64,000 nt of DNA from Schmidtea polychroa (lineage: Eukaryota). The stretch covers positions 2,420,001-2,484,000 of the forward strand of contig CM097885.1 in the NCBI GenBank assembly GCA_044892525.1, read 5' to 3'. The notes beneath the pieces are model-generated. The model was not told the origin of the DNA. It did no database searches and was given only the letters and a program-made list of their open reading frames with translations. Shown one piece after another: positions 1 to 40,770 of the stretch. The position numbers were made by a program, and so were the translations under genes. Within the stretch, counting starts at the first letter, position 1. The number at the start of each line of letters is the position of its first letter.

Positions 1-48
1 TATATGAAATTTTTGTTTAAACCTTATTTCTTTTGGGCTCTTTGGAAT

Positions 49-640
49 ATATTGATGGCTGAGGAACGCATTATATCATATACATGGGAAGCATTGAATG
101 CTTTATTAAGAAATGTACAAAGTACATCTATTAAAGAGAGTCGACCAATATTTAGTTCACCAATTCCCCTAACCGATCAATATGTTAGAAGCTATATTTC
201 ACAAGGGAAAAAGACTAAAGCTTTTGAAAAGGTTGACAAACTATTAAAAGAATATTCATCGCGAATTTATAACATCGATTTATGGAAATTTTATTTGTCT
301 TATAAAAAGATAACAATACAATTAGTTTCAAAGAAAGAATGGCTTAAGCTATGATTATCCAGTAGATAGAATGGGTTTGGATTTAAAGACTTTCCTATTT
401 GGTCAGATTATATAAATTTCTTAAAATCAACTCAAGTCAAACGTCAATATGCTGAAAGTCAAAAGACAATTGCTACACGTCAAATCTATCATTGGGCTAT
501 TGCTACTCCATTGGTTGGTACTGAAACAATTTGGAGATTATAATGCCTTCGAAACTTCTATTAATAGCGTCATCGTTAAGAGATTTATCGAAGAGAGAAG
601 TCGGGATTACATGAACGCAAAGCGAGTTGCAGGAGAATTT
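49..640 (+). pseudogene. CSTF3: Degenerate intronless 5' fragment of cleavage stimulation factor 77 kDa (CstF-77/Suppressor of forked, HAT repeats)
   Basis: Reading across frameshifts gives FEKVDKLL..IYNIDLWKFYLSY..MA*AYDY..IWSDYINFLK..ETIWR/DYNAFETSIN..FIEERSRDYMNAKRVA. This is collinear with CstF-77 (LHIDLWKCYLSY, IWVDYINFLK, IEDRSRDYMNARRVA). It has an in-frame stop and at least two frameshifts. Confidence 0.85.
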
Positions 641-764
641 GACGCTGGTATTTTAAAAAGAGGACAGACTTTGTTGGCTTATAAACTTGGAGTCAAGCAA
701 ATGATAATTGCTAAAAATAGAAATTTGTTCAGTCTATCTACATTTGATTTATTCAAATACTATT

Positions 765-890
765 CAAGGACTATCGTATAGTCGAAAATTCTTTCATTAA
801 ATACATTATTTGCAGCAAAAGGCTTAAATTATCATTTTATTGTTTTAAATAATAATGCTGCTACCAAGCAATCATCATTTTATACTTTCA
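765..890 (+). mobile_element. Penelope-like element family A, isolated 3' terminus (pLTR tail)
   Basis: Near-identical to 36643-36730 and to the reverse complement of 34455-34577, the 3' ends of the GIY-YIG PLE. Runs directly into (AAT)n. Confidence 0.85.
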
Positions 891-1582
<692 letters not shown>

Positions 1583-2626
1583 CCTTGGACAATTCACTTA
1601 AATCCGAAATTGACTCATTTTGCTGATGTAATTTCCTCACTGACCGTTTAGAATCAGGCCGTTGATCCGAGGACCCCTCTTTAACTTTCCGAGGGGGAAC
1701 TCCGTTGGAATTACTGGCGATCTAAAGAATGTTTTCATTATCAAAATTTCACTAAATCAGTTTGCATTTAATTGTATTTATTTATCCTGCATATGAAATA
1801 CTAAATATTTACATCTGCCTAGAAATGGGAGGGGTGCGAGATCTCGCCTTTATCATTTCATGGACACTCGTAGCGTAAGTATTAGTCGCTACATTTGGGC
1901 AGCATTAAAACTCTACAGCTGGCAAGATATATGACCGAAAATCTCCGCCAGAAAAACATGAATATAATTTACAAAGCATTAAATCATTGGGAATTTATCC
2001 TAAGGCGGCGAACATGATAACGGAATATCAAAGGAGATTGTAGGAGAACCCGACATTTCTGAGTTCCCAACGAGTTCCACATGGGCAGATGTGATTTCCC
2101 TCTCGCCCTATTCCTGATATTAAATATTTTCATTCAAATTTAGCTACACGAGTCTACTTATTGTTATTGGGAGAAATTTTGTTGAAAATGAATGTCATAT
2201 AGAATGGGAAATAATAATATTTCATTGCTGTTCTCTAGAAACTGGCCAAGTCGCTGATGAAAACCTTACTGTATGAGAAATAATCATGATTTGATGGGTT
2301 CATTATCATGAATGGAATTCGTTCCATTCTTCCTTTGACAGTTATTCATTCAATAACCAACATTTCCCTACCGTAATTTCCCTCAACGGATAGAGGAAGA
2401 TTGAATATTTTCCATAGTAATAGAGTCGGTTCATCCTGACTTCCTTTTGTAGCCCATTTATCAAACCCATGGCTAACATAGTGATGCGTTTATGTTCTTT
2501 TATTTAGTAAAATAGTCCAATAAATAACACGATTTACATTCACAATAAGATATTTATTCTAAATAAATTTCTCCACAAAACCTTGAATAAGTTTACTAAC
2601 TGCAAATGATAATTTAAAATATTCGT

Positions 2627-2986
2627 CAGCCCTTTCCCCAAAAACCCTAAGTAACCTTATCCATCATTCCGTCTGGGACCAGATTCAGCCCTTTCCTCAA
2701 TAACCTTAAGTAACCTTATCCATCATTCCACCTGGGACCAGAATCAGCCCTTTCCTCAATAACCTTACGTAACCTTATCCATCATTCCGCCTGGGACCAG
2801 ATTCAGCCCTTTCCTCAATAACCTTAAGTAACCTTATCCATCATTCCACCTGGGACCAGAATCAGCCCTTTCCTCAATAACCTTAAGTAACCTTATCCAT
2901 CATTCCGCCTGGTACCAGAATCAGCCCTTTCCTCAATAACCTCACGTAACCTTATCCATCATTTCGCCTGGGACCAGACTCAGCCA
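2627..2986. repeat. 59-bp tandem minisatellite, 6 copies plus a partial
   Basis: Unit CAGCCCTTTCCTCAATAACCTTAAGTAACCTTATCCATCATTCCRCCTGGGACCAGAWT starts at 2627, 2686, 2745, 2804, 2863 and 2922. Confidence 0.95.
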
Positions 2987-5208
2987 TTTACCCGAATCTT
3001 CAACGATAATATCTCTAAATCAACAACATAAATTTCACTGTTAAGTCGCAATCTGACAGGCCTATAAGAGACCTGTCAAATCAGCGATGATTGATGTCGT
3101 CAGCAAAGTTTTAAATGGATAATTAATTAGCTTGTTTATTTAGATTTTTTGAATTTTTATTTAATTTTTGCTCTTGAATCTTCAAATAGAATTTTACATT
3201 GAAATTGTATTTTGTCTCTCAGTCCTGTTGATAAAAGGTATCAAACATTATTCAATTTGTCTTCCTTGTGGTTCCAATAGGATGTGGAAGGAGACTTTTA
3301 TTTACTGAGAATGGAGTTGTCCCAGCAGGAATGAAAATTTGCTTAATTCTAGTTCCATTTAAATTCCCCACACCATCAGCATTATTGGTCACGGAGAATC
3401 GTGCTTCAGAAAGGTAGCAAATGCTAGCAATAAGAAACTGTTCTGAGAGAAGTAAGATTTAACATTACAACATTTAGAAACAAGCTTTATTCAAACGAGT
3501 ATGCCAAAATGTTTGTATCAAAATACCTTCTAAACGAACACCTCCTTATTCCAAATAACACCTCTTTATAACCCTCCGCAACACAGACATACCAGTTCAC
3601 ATCCTCCATAATTTCATTATTCCTTCCCTATACAGTCAAAACCCTTTGCAAATCTATAACATAAAATATTTTTCATCGCGATTCTCTCTGCAGCTCCCCT
3701 TCCATTTGATATTGCTTAAAAATGACCTTGCTCAAGATGTGGTGCAACGTACATAGAGGAACAGATAGACCCTTCCGTACTGAACTCAATGAATACATCA
3801 GAAGCAAAACCAATAACTAGCAAGAACATTGAATGATATATATAGATAATACCATTCATGAGTAAGGGACACCTTACAAAGACTTGCTACCGTACTCTCG
3901 ATTGAGTAAAGGGTTGGTTGATTGTGTTGCATAGGAAATTAGTTTTAATCTTTTGTCATAATGGAAATGAAAGAAGAGGCTCCAATTTATCGCGAATAAA
4001 TCTTTATTTTTCGGTGCTTTCAAGCTCCTTTGGGGAAAAATGCGGGTAGACATATAAAAGGGCCAAAGAACTATTCAGATGGTTTCAATATTGTGTTGCC
4101 ATAAGAATGAAAAGAGGTGACGACAACAAATTGTGGAACTGGGCTTCTCTAGAAATCTGACAAATTCCGATTTGAATTTGATGGAGAATTAGACAATTTC
4201 TCAATGAATTTCAGTTCATTAAAATTTTGCGTTTCCATCGGCAACCAAACGCTGATTAGTATTCATTGAAGCCGGGAATCGCGGGGGGAGACCAAAATTA
4301 GCGGTTTAATTCTTTTTTGTTTATCTAATGCAATTTCCGTGCTGTCGTCAATACCGATTAACTTGAGGCATTATAAATAATTTTCAAGCGAATTTATCAC
4401 TTTGGATGCCCATAGAGTCACCGGCACTCACTTTGTGAAGGAATGACAGAGAAAAAGGGTATGAAGAGCCTAAAAGAATTTGTATTAAAGTGTAAAACGA
4501 ACGGTGTCCCATTTAGAAAATTTTTCTCTTTAATGACTTCCAGGTCATTCTTATACAGTAACTGAAGGAATTCTTTGGCTAGTTATTAATATAAGAATCT
4601 GAAAATGAAAGCTGCAGCAGAAAGCATTTTGGCCATTTACATCATGAGCCATTTCTAGAGGAACCTATCCACGGACTATCAAGAATATACTTGTGATGAA
4701 AGGTTAGATATACCATGTTATCAGTCAGAAGGAATAAAAATGAATTCGATAGAATTCATGAAACGTTTGGACAACTTGAAGACCTCCATTGGGGAAACCT
4801 TAGAATGTTATCAAAGGACAAAGGAGAGTAACGTTTACAGAAGCATTAGTACCCAGAATCTCGGAACTAGAAAGAATCAAACGAATGAAAGTTAATTATG
4901 AAAATAGGAAACAAACTAAGGCGATTAAGTGAGCCTTAGCCATGCCAATGAAGATATATTCACATAGTTCATTAAGATTAAGGATTAATAAATGAAGGAG
5001 AATATATGTAAAAGGAAATCAGCGATAAATAAATATCAATAAAGAGGTAATGTGATAAACATCAAATCATTTAAATAGTGTACAATGTAAATAATTCTAA
5101 TTATTGTTTTTTTGCATCAATAATTATCAGCAGATAATGACATCAAGGTCAGAAATTAAAGTTATTATTTAACAATCAATAGTTTGTGTGTGTGACAGAG
5201 AGCGATTA

Positions 5209-5746
5209 GGGAGCATCCTTTAAGGACGTCCCCCAAAAATAAGCACTTTTTGACACCCCCCCCCCTCCCCCTTGTCCCTTTTATGTCCCATTTCTGGAGA
5301 CCTCCCCCCACGGGGACATCCCTCCGAAAACAGAACTCCCTTATTTTCAGATGAAATTTAGAACATAAAATTATTATATTAGGCAGATTATTTTGTTACT
5401 GGTAATACATAATATTGTTTAAGCTTTAGTAAACATTGTCCAAATTTAAAGAGAATCAATTTTTAAAACAAAATTAATAAAGTGCTGGGACAAAACTGTA
5501 ATATTAAACTAATATTGAGACAGGAGCATAATTTAATTAAATGGGGTGCTAGGTTATAGGCTACAAGTTTGCGACTCTTACTAAGAGATGGGAGAAAATA
5601 ATATTCAAATAATAGGGGTGTTGGGTAGGTATTAGGTTTAGTCTGAGGATGTCTTAAGCACTTGGACCCCTCCTCCCATTGTCCCCATATGTCCCCTCTG
5701 TAGAGACCCCCCTCCCTCTTAGGGGACGTCCTTAATGGATGCTCCC
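5209..5746. mobile_element. Non-autonomous PIF/Harbinger-type MITE
   Basis: 25-bp TIRs GGGAGCATCCWTTAAGGACGTCCCC (1 mismatch), flanked on both sides by the 3-bp TSD TTA. No ORF. Confidence 0.85.
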
Positions 5747-5958
5747 TTAATTAATTGATATAATTAATTTCATTTATTATCATTTCGGACTATAGATCAA
5801 TATTTGCATTTATTTAACAGGAATGACTTAGTGAAATGTTTGTTGACAAATTTTTATTTATTTATTTATTCAATTAGAATCAACATTATTAATTATGTAA
5901 GATTCATTTTATTTAATTTTACAAGCATTAAATAAGAGTGTTGAGAAAATACATTGTA

Positions 5959-6251
<293 letters not shown>

Positions 6252-6621
6252 GTAAAATTATTAAACTTGTGATTATAAAATGCTTATCCATGGTGCCATT
6301 TCATGGGAAATACTTGATCATTGTCTCTGCAGAGTTTCATTTGTTTACCAAAATAAATTTTCTTTGCCCACCTCACAACAAAATGTTGCGAACAAAAAAA
6401 TAATTTCTTGAAATTGTCACCAAAATTTTCAATTCGGCTCAAGGAATTCCTAAATTTTTCATTCACAATTTTTATCAGAATTTTCAGGTTATTAAATGTC
6501 AATTTATTTCCCTTTTATCGCATTCATGGGGGAATTTATTTATATTATTGTTTGGGCCGATTTACTTCCATATGATTTTCCTGGACCGTGATTTATATAC
6601 AATAAGTTTAATATAAATAAT

Positions 6622-7098
<477 letters not shown>

Positions 7099-7109
7099 AT
7101 TACTGTTTT

Positions 7110-25100
<17,991 letters not shown>

Positions 25101-26087
25101 CACATTTTGAAAGTTTTCCCAGTATTTATTTAAACAACAAAAATGATTTTCCCATCAAAAAATTAATTAAAATAAATTAATATATTAACTAAATAGAAAA
25201 TTTTAAACGAAATTATATATAAATTCAAAATTTATATTTAGCACATTTATTCTTCCTTGTAGAATTTTTGTGTTTTATTCTTCTCTAGACAACATTTGTA
25301 AATAAATACTGAAAACCCTATCATCCAATGAAATTCAAGCATACTTAATTAATAATCTGCTATTCGCTAATTGGTTTCGCTGATTTGATTGTTGGGGAAA
25401 TTAAAGGTTTTTTAATTTCTTTTGTAATTATTTTTATTTCTAGAAATTTTATTTTTATAAGTTATTATATAATTATTATTATTATTAGTAATTGTTTGAG
25501 TTTGCACATGGATTGAAGGGTCTTTGGTAATATTGCATTAAAACTGTATTGTCTTTGTTAATATTACTTTCAATTTGTTAACACATATATCGAAAATAAT
25601 ATTATATTGCGGTAGTTTAGACTATTGAACAACATATTGAATTACCTTTAGAATGATACCTATATTATATAGGAGTATAAACCAAGCCAAATATACAGTA
25701 TTACGTAATATTTGTATGGGTACCCTATGGGGTGGTATGGTGTTAAATAATTTTGTAAAATTACGTAATCATATATGAAATGACGTAATTATATTTTTGG
25801 CTACGTAATAATTTATTTTCTAAATTTACGTCATAATTGACCCCCTTATGTAATAATTGATCTTTGACATCTTAAATAATAATTAACCTTTGACCCCTTA
25901 CATAATAATTAACCTTTGACCTCTTATATAATAATTATACTTCATTAGAGTAGTGAGGAGTATAAACCAAGCCAAATATCCCTGGAAAAAATTCAATACA
26001 TTTTTATAGAGTAATGAGAAGTGAGGAGTATAAACCAAGCCAAATATACAGTATTACTTAATATTTGTATGGGTTAAATACATCTGT

Positions 26088-26450
26088 TTAGTATGCTTTA
26101 CGCATTTCAGCTAATATGATATGGACTGATTGATCCCTTTTAAAGTCGTGACAGCATAAACACCCATTGGGGCATGACAATCTCATAGAATCTTTGCAAA
26201 CAATGCAATTTTCAATGCATCTAGTGTCAGACCTTAGAACCATATCGTAGTGCAACTCTAAAAGTTGTTCTATATTAATACCTGTTAAACGAAATATTTT
26301 ATTTATAAGTAACTCTGGTGCACAATAATCTATGGTATTTCTTATTCCTGGGTATAATTCTTGAAACTTCTTTAAAATTACTTCAAATAAGTAAACTAAA
26401 TATAAAGATTATTAATTATAAATAAAAATATATTCTTTACCTTTTGACAT
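26088..26450 (-). pseudogene. Small Cys-rich (putative Zn-binding) Polinton ORF, ~105 aa, with one 45-nt intron and one frameshift
   Basis: ATGTCAAAAG|GTAAAG..TTTAG|TTTAC (intron 26396-26440). Removing one A from an A-run near 26300 gives MSKVYLFEVILKKFQELYPGIRNTIDYCAPELLINKIFRLTGINIEQLLELHYDMVLRSDTRCIENCIVCKDSMRLSCPNGCLCCHDFKRDQSVHIILAEMRKAY*. Confidence 0.55.
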
Positions 26451-26493
26451 TTTTTCTAACTACTAAAAACAAAATCAATACAAACAAAATTAA

Positions 26494-26883
26494 TTAATTA
26501 ATTAACATTTTAATTTCTGAGATAATGTCCTCTACATAGTGATTATAGCCTAAAGTTTTTATTCCAAGTAATACAACCTTTCCGCTTGAAAATACATTAA
26601 CACAAACTGGATTATACTTTTGAAGACGTAAGGCAGGAAATATTTCCGGTTCAAACATACATTTAGCTTTATGTTGTAATTCGTATAAATTTATAAATTT
26701 ACCGATATCAGCAGTTACTGTAATGGACTGAATTTGTAAATCTTGTATCTTATATTTCAAATCAACTAATTTAAGAGGTTGCTTGCATCCCATTATCCGA
26801 CATCTACCCGACTTGAAAAATATAATTGGATACTTCCCACTTCTATCCACAACTTGTTGGGGTTTACCTAATGGGAATTTCAT
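26494..26883 (-). CDS. TATA-binding protein (TBP)-like protein encoded inside the Polinton element
   Basis: IIFFKSGRCRIMGCK..LQIQSITVTADIGKFINLYEL..MFEPEIFPALRL..VNVFSSGKVVLLGIK aligns by eye with the TBP core ([62 protein letters not shown]). Intronless. The frame extends upstream (IKGKCLVKN), so the true start may be disrupted near 26925. Confidence 0.85.
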   Translation of the reverse strand: MKFPLGKPQQVVDRSGKYPIIFFKSGRCRIMGCKQPLKLVDLKYKIQDLQIQSITVTADIGKFINLYELQHKAKCMFEPEIFPALRLQKYNPVCVNVFSSGKVVLLGIKTLGYNHYVEDIISEIKMLIN

Positions 26884-27013
26884 GTTTTTGACTAAACACT
26901 TACCTTTAATAATAATGAAGTCATGTAATAAAATTTAAATAATTTTTATATACTTATAATAATAAATTTAAACAAATATAAACAATAATATTAATGAAAT
27001 GAGATTAATTAAG

Positions 27014-27412
27014 ATGGAATTAAGAAATGATGCCGTTTATCAAATTGTAGGTCCCAGTGGTAGTGGATAAACTTTATTTGTTTGTAAATTATTACAATCG
27101 AATATGTTCAAATCAAAATTTAATAAAATATACTGGCATAAGGGAGCTGATGACGATCATGGTATGACACAAGATCAGTTTTGTAAATTAAAAATGAATA
27201 TAATGAAGGGATTTCATAAAAATTGGTCATCTAGATTACATCAAGGTGATGCTATAATTATTGATGATTTATATCAGGAAGCAAATAAAGAGAAAGATTT
27301 TAATAATTTATTTACAAAAACCAGTAGACATATCGGAGTAACGGTTATTTTTATAACACAAAATTTATTTCATCAAGGCGGAAGTCATCGAACGCGTAAT
27401 TTGAATGAATAA
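27014..27412 (+). pseudogene. Polinton/A32-like DNA packaging ATPase (FtsK-HerA superfamily), inactivated and 3'-truncated
   Basis: Walker A IVGPSGSG*T (Lys codon changed to TAA at 27068), Walker B AIIIDDL, and FTKTSRH..VTVIFITQNLF. Confidence 0.9.
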
Positions 27413-27713
27413 TTCGATGATTTCAGTACCACAATCTCGAATAGTAAGTAAAAATCATCAGTTATTTACAATAAAAAATATAAAATTAGCCCTAACTAAT
27501 AATGATTATAAGAGGCATTGGATAAATAAAAATGAAAGTGTAGCATATGGTCATTATAAAATAGTTAACACGGTTATGGGTCATAGTAACAATGCTGAAG
27601 TTAGTGATCCGGACGAAGACAATGATCAATATGTTCATCAATATTTCCCAAATGATGATTATGGTCACCCACTCTTTCCATATGAAAGGGAACATCAATA
27701 TGTTCTTGAATAA
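27405..27713 (+). pseudogene. C-terminal fragment of Polinton protein-primed DNA polymerase B
   Basis: IVSKNHQLFTIKNIKLALTNNDYKRHWINKNESVAYGHYKI resembles the conserved pPolB C-terminus (I.S..H...T....K.AL...D.KR.......AYGHY). It is fused to the ATPase by a deletion; AATAAA follows the stop. Confidence 0.75.
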
Positions 27714-27840
27714 AATTTGTTTTGAAATAAAATTTATTTAATATAATTATTGTTTTAGTTCTTATTTGTATCATTTACATTTTACGTTGTTATTGTAAAG
27801 TATTGTAGTGTTGTGAACAATTTAGTTATTAAAAGGTTTC

Positions 27841-27875
<35 letters not shown>

Positions 27876-29514
27876 CTGTGTGTGAATTATAACCGAGTGT
27901 TTATCACATTCATTGTCATCATTATAGTACTCGGGTTCAAAAATGTATGTATGACTTTTTCTTATATATGTTTATAATTCAATAAATATATATCTATAAT
28001 AAAATTATACAAAATTATGTAACACCATACCATCCCCCTTAGGGTACCCATGGGAATATTACGTAATACTGTATATTTGGCTTGGTTTATACTCCTCACT
28101 TCTCACTACTCTATCAAAATGTATTGAATTTTTTCCAGGGATATTTGGCTTGGTTTATACTCCTCACTACTCTAATGAAGTATAATTATTACATAAGATG
28201 TCAAAGGTCAATTATTGTGTAAGTGGTCAAAGGTTAATTATGATGCAAGAGGTCAATTTTAACATAAGGGGGGTCAATTGTGACGTTAAATTCAAAAAAA
28301 TCAATTATTACGTAATCAATAATATAATCAAGTCTTCCTATATGTAATTACGTAACTTTCCAAAATTATGTAATACCATCCCACCCCCAGGGTACCCATA
28401 CAAAAATTACGTAACACTGTATATTTGGCTTGGTTTATACTCCTCACTTCTCACTACTTATCACAAAGCTTGTAATGTTTATATTATTTAAATGTTAGAC
28501 ATCCGTAAAACAAATTTATAATATGAATGTCTACAACCAGTGTATGAGTATAAATTCACTGTTTCAACTATCTGTAAATATGTAATTGGCATTGTATTGG
28601 GGTACCAATAGGGTAGCCCCATTTTGTGAACAATAATAAGGTGTCACTATGGTTGTGTGGGCCTAGGTAAATGTGACCAAGAATGACATACATATAATAA
28701 TCATTTACGCAACGATCTCCTAATACAATTATAATTATTTACTCTTACTTATTTGTTGTCATGATGGATTTCATGTGGTATTTTGTATCAGTAAATTGTT
28801 TATTTATATTGTTTATTTTAAGAAAGTGTTTGTCATTTTATTTAAATATTTATCAATTCTTGAATTGTCTCCATTAACCTGTTTTCGTGGGTTTTTAATT
28901 GTTACGCATTTCAACCAAATTTAAAATTCCCAAATTGTGGCCCATCAGATATGAATGAATGTCTGCAAATATAAATCAAACCAACAAAAATTATTTTATA
29001 ATTAAATTAATAAAATTAATTAATTAATAAAAATTAAAATATAACAAATAAATCAACAAACATTTAATTAAATAAATCTAAAAATTTAATTGATAAAATA
29101 TAATTTAATAAAATAAAAAAAATCAATAAATTTAATAAAATCAATAATATATTAAATTAATAAAAATTTATCAAAATCAATAATATATTAAATTAATAAA
29201 AATAAATTATTAAATTAATAAAAAATAAAATTAAAATAATTAAATTAATAAAAAATAAAATTAATAAAATTTAATAAAAATCAATAAAAATATAATAATA
29301 AATAAATTAATAAAAAATCCTCCAACGGTAGAATAAATCCGAAAATTAATAAACGTAATCAGTACGGCACAATATAGAAAGATAAGCTACAACAACAAAC
29401 ACAGTGCATAGAATGATGTAATGGTGATGATTGTCAATGTTGGGATTGTCAATATGTCACACCATCATCACCATCACTGCACGGCTGCTCATCAATATGG
29501 TATCCGCCATAGCG

Positions 29515-39490
<9,976 letters not shown>

Positions 39491-39998
39491 TGTTAAGATA
39501 ATTAAAATACTTTCCTTGTATTTAATAATTGATCGAAATTTTAGAATATTTAAACAACATATTGATAAAATTAAATAAAAATTTTTATTAAAATAATTTC
39601 TTAACGGAATAATCAAAATGTAAATTGCATGCATAGACAAACCAAAATTTTGAGATTTATTTTATATTTATTAAGAAAACGCTAAATTGTTCTTTAAATG
39701 TTAAAATATTAGAATTATTATAATCAGAATTTGCGGTGGCATTGCGGTCCTACATTCACGATGTTGCTATGACGATAGTTGTCATTGATTTGCTTTTTTT
39801 TACTAGCAATTTTAATGTAACGCAAACACTAAGTCTCAGCTACCAAAATTAGTTGGGCAGATTACTGGTTGAGATTTATAGTTGACCAGTTGACTGCAAG
39901 TAGAAGCCATAGTTGTACTATAACCTTACAGATAAGGTAACGCAATAATCCTTCATTAAACCAAGACGTTGCTGTATAAAAGGGATATATTTAAACCT

Positions 39999-40770
39999 TG
40001 TTAAGTCAATGAAACATGAAATCAAACGAATATAATATGTTGGGGTTGGTAAGAAGACCAAAAAAAATTATTTATAATAGGAAGGCATAACAAATATTGG
40101 TAAAATCGGTAAAAGTGCAAAATTAATTGAAACTTACTAAAAATCAATATTGAACGGGGGTATCGGGTATTGTTAAACGTCAAACTGATAGACGAGTTCA
40201 GAAATTATCATGAAAATTTAATGGGGGTCTACAGAGAAAGTTAAGGCGAAAAAAGAAATTAATTAAAATTAAGTAATCTGCAACGAAAAGCCCGAGTCCA
40301 TGAGAAACCAGAGCGCTGAAGGAAACCTGAAGTGTAGTGAGACCCGATCGATCAGATAAGAGAGAGAATATTCCGAGCGTAAATTTAGAACAAATAAATT
40401 TAAATTATTTGGAAACCCTCAAATGTTTACCTATGATTCCCGGGAGATAATTAATTGCAATTTTCTAGAATATTGCCCTCACAGAAACAGTATAAAAAGA
40501 GAGCTCAGAAACAGACAATTCGCCAGTTGGTCGAAAAAACAAAGAGAAGCTTGGAGAATCAGGCGATCAGTGATCAGAAGACGAAATATGATAATTCGAA
40601 AAAGTTTAATCCTCGGATCAGAAATGGTAATTGCCCCTCGAGTTACCTACCTTAACGAGTTATATTTATATTGAGCGAAAGGTGCAAATAGAATGACACA
40701 TTTTAATTTGATTGAAATTGAATAAAGTTATTCTGTGTTCGGTTTCGACTTATTTGTTTCAATAAGAACA
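39999..40770 (+). mobile_element. Possible solo LTR
   Basis: TGTT..AACA ends, TATAAAA at ~40491 and AATAAA at ~40721 followed by a GT-rich tract. No TSD found. Confidence 0.35.

Larger units (their letters stand above)
25671..28458. mobile_element. Polinton/Maverick (adintovirus-like) internal-deletion derivative
   Basis: ~400-450-bp inverted repeats (25671-26073 and ~28010-28458). The right terminus ..TCTCACTACT equals 5'-AGTAGT on the other strand. Encloses a packaging ATPase and the C-terminus of a protein-primed PolB. The left tip is truncated, so no TSD can be read. Confidence 0.88.

Noticed and set aside
2627..2986. Regular repeats resembling a CRISPR array (also 31185-31790 and 32808-33497)
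   Set aside because: The units are contiguous with no unique spacers, there are no cas genes, and the context is eukaryotic.
3439..3661. Short TG..CA segment as a solo LTR (minus orientation)
   Set aside because: No TSD and no second copy in the window.
1600..4950. Possible short exons of another host gene
   Set aside because: Some AG/GT-bounded segments are present, but strand, frame and product could not be established.
26494..26883. The host's canonical TBP gene
   Set aside because: Too divergent, with a shortened first repeat, no introns, and enclosed by element inverted repeats.
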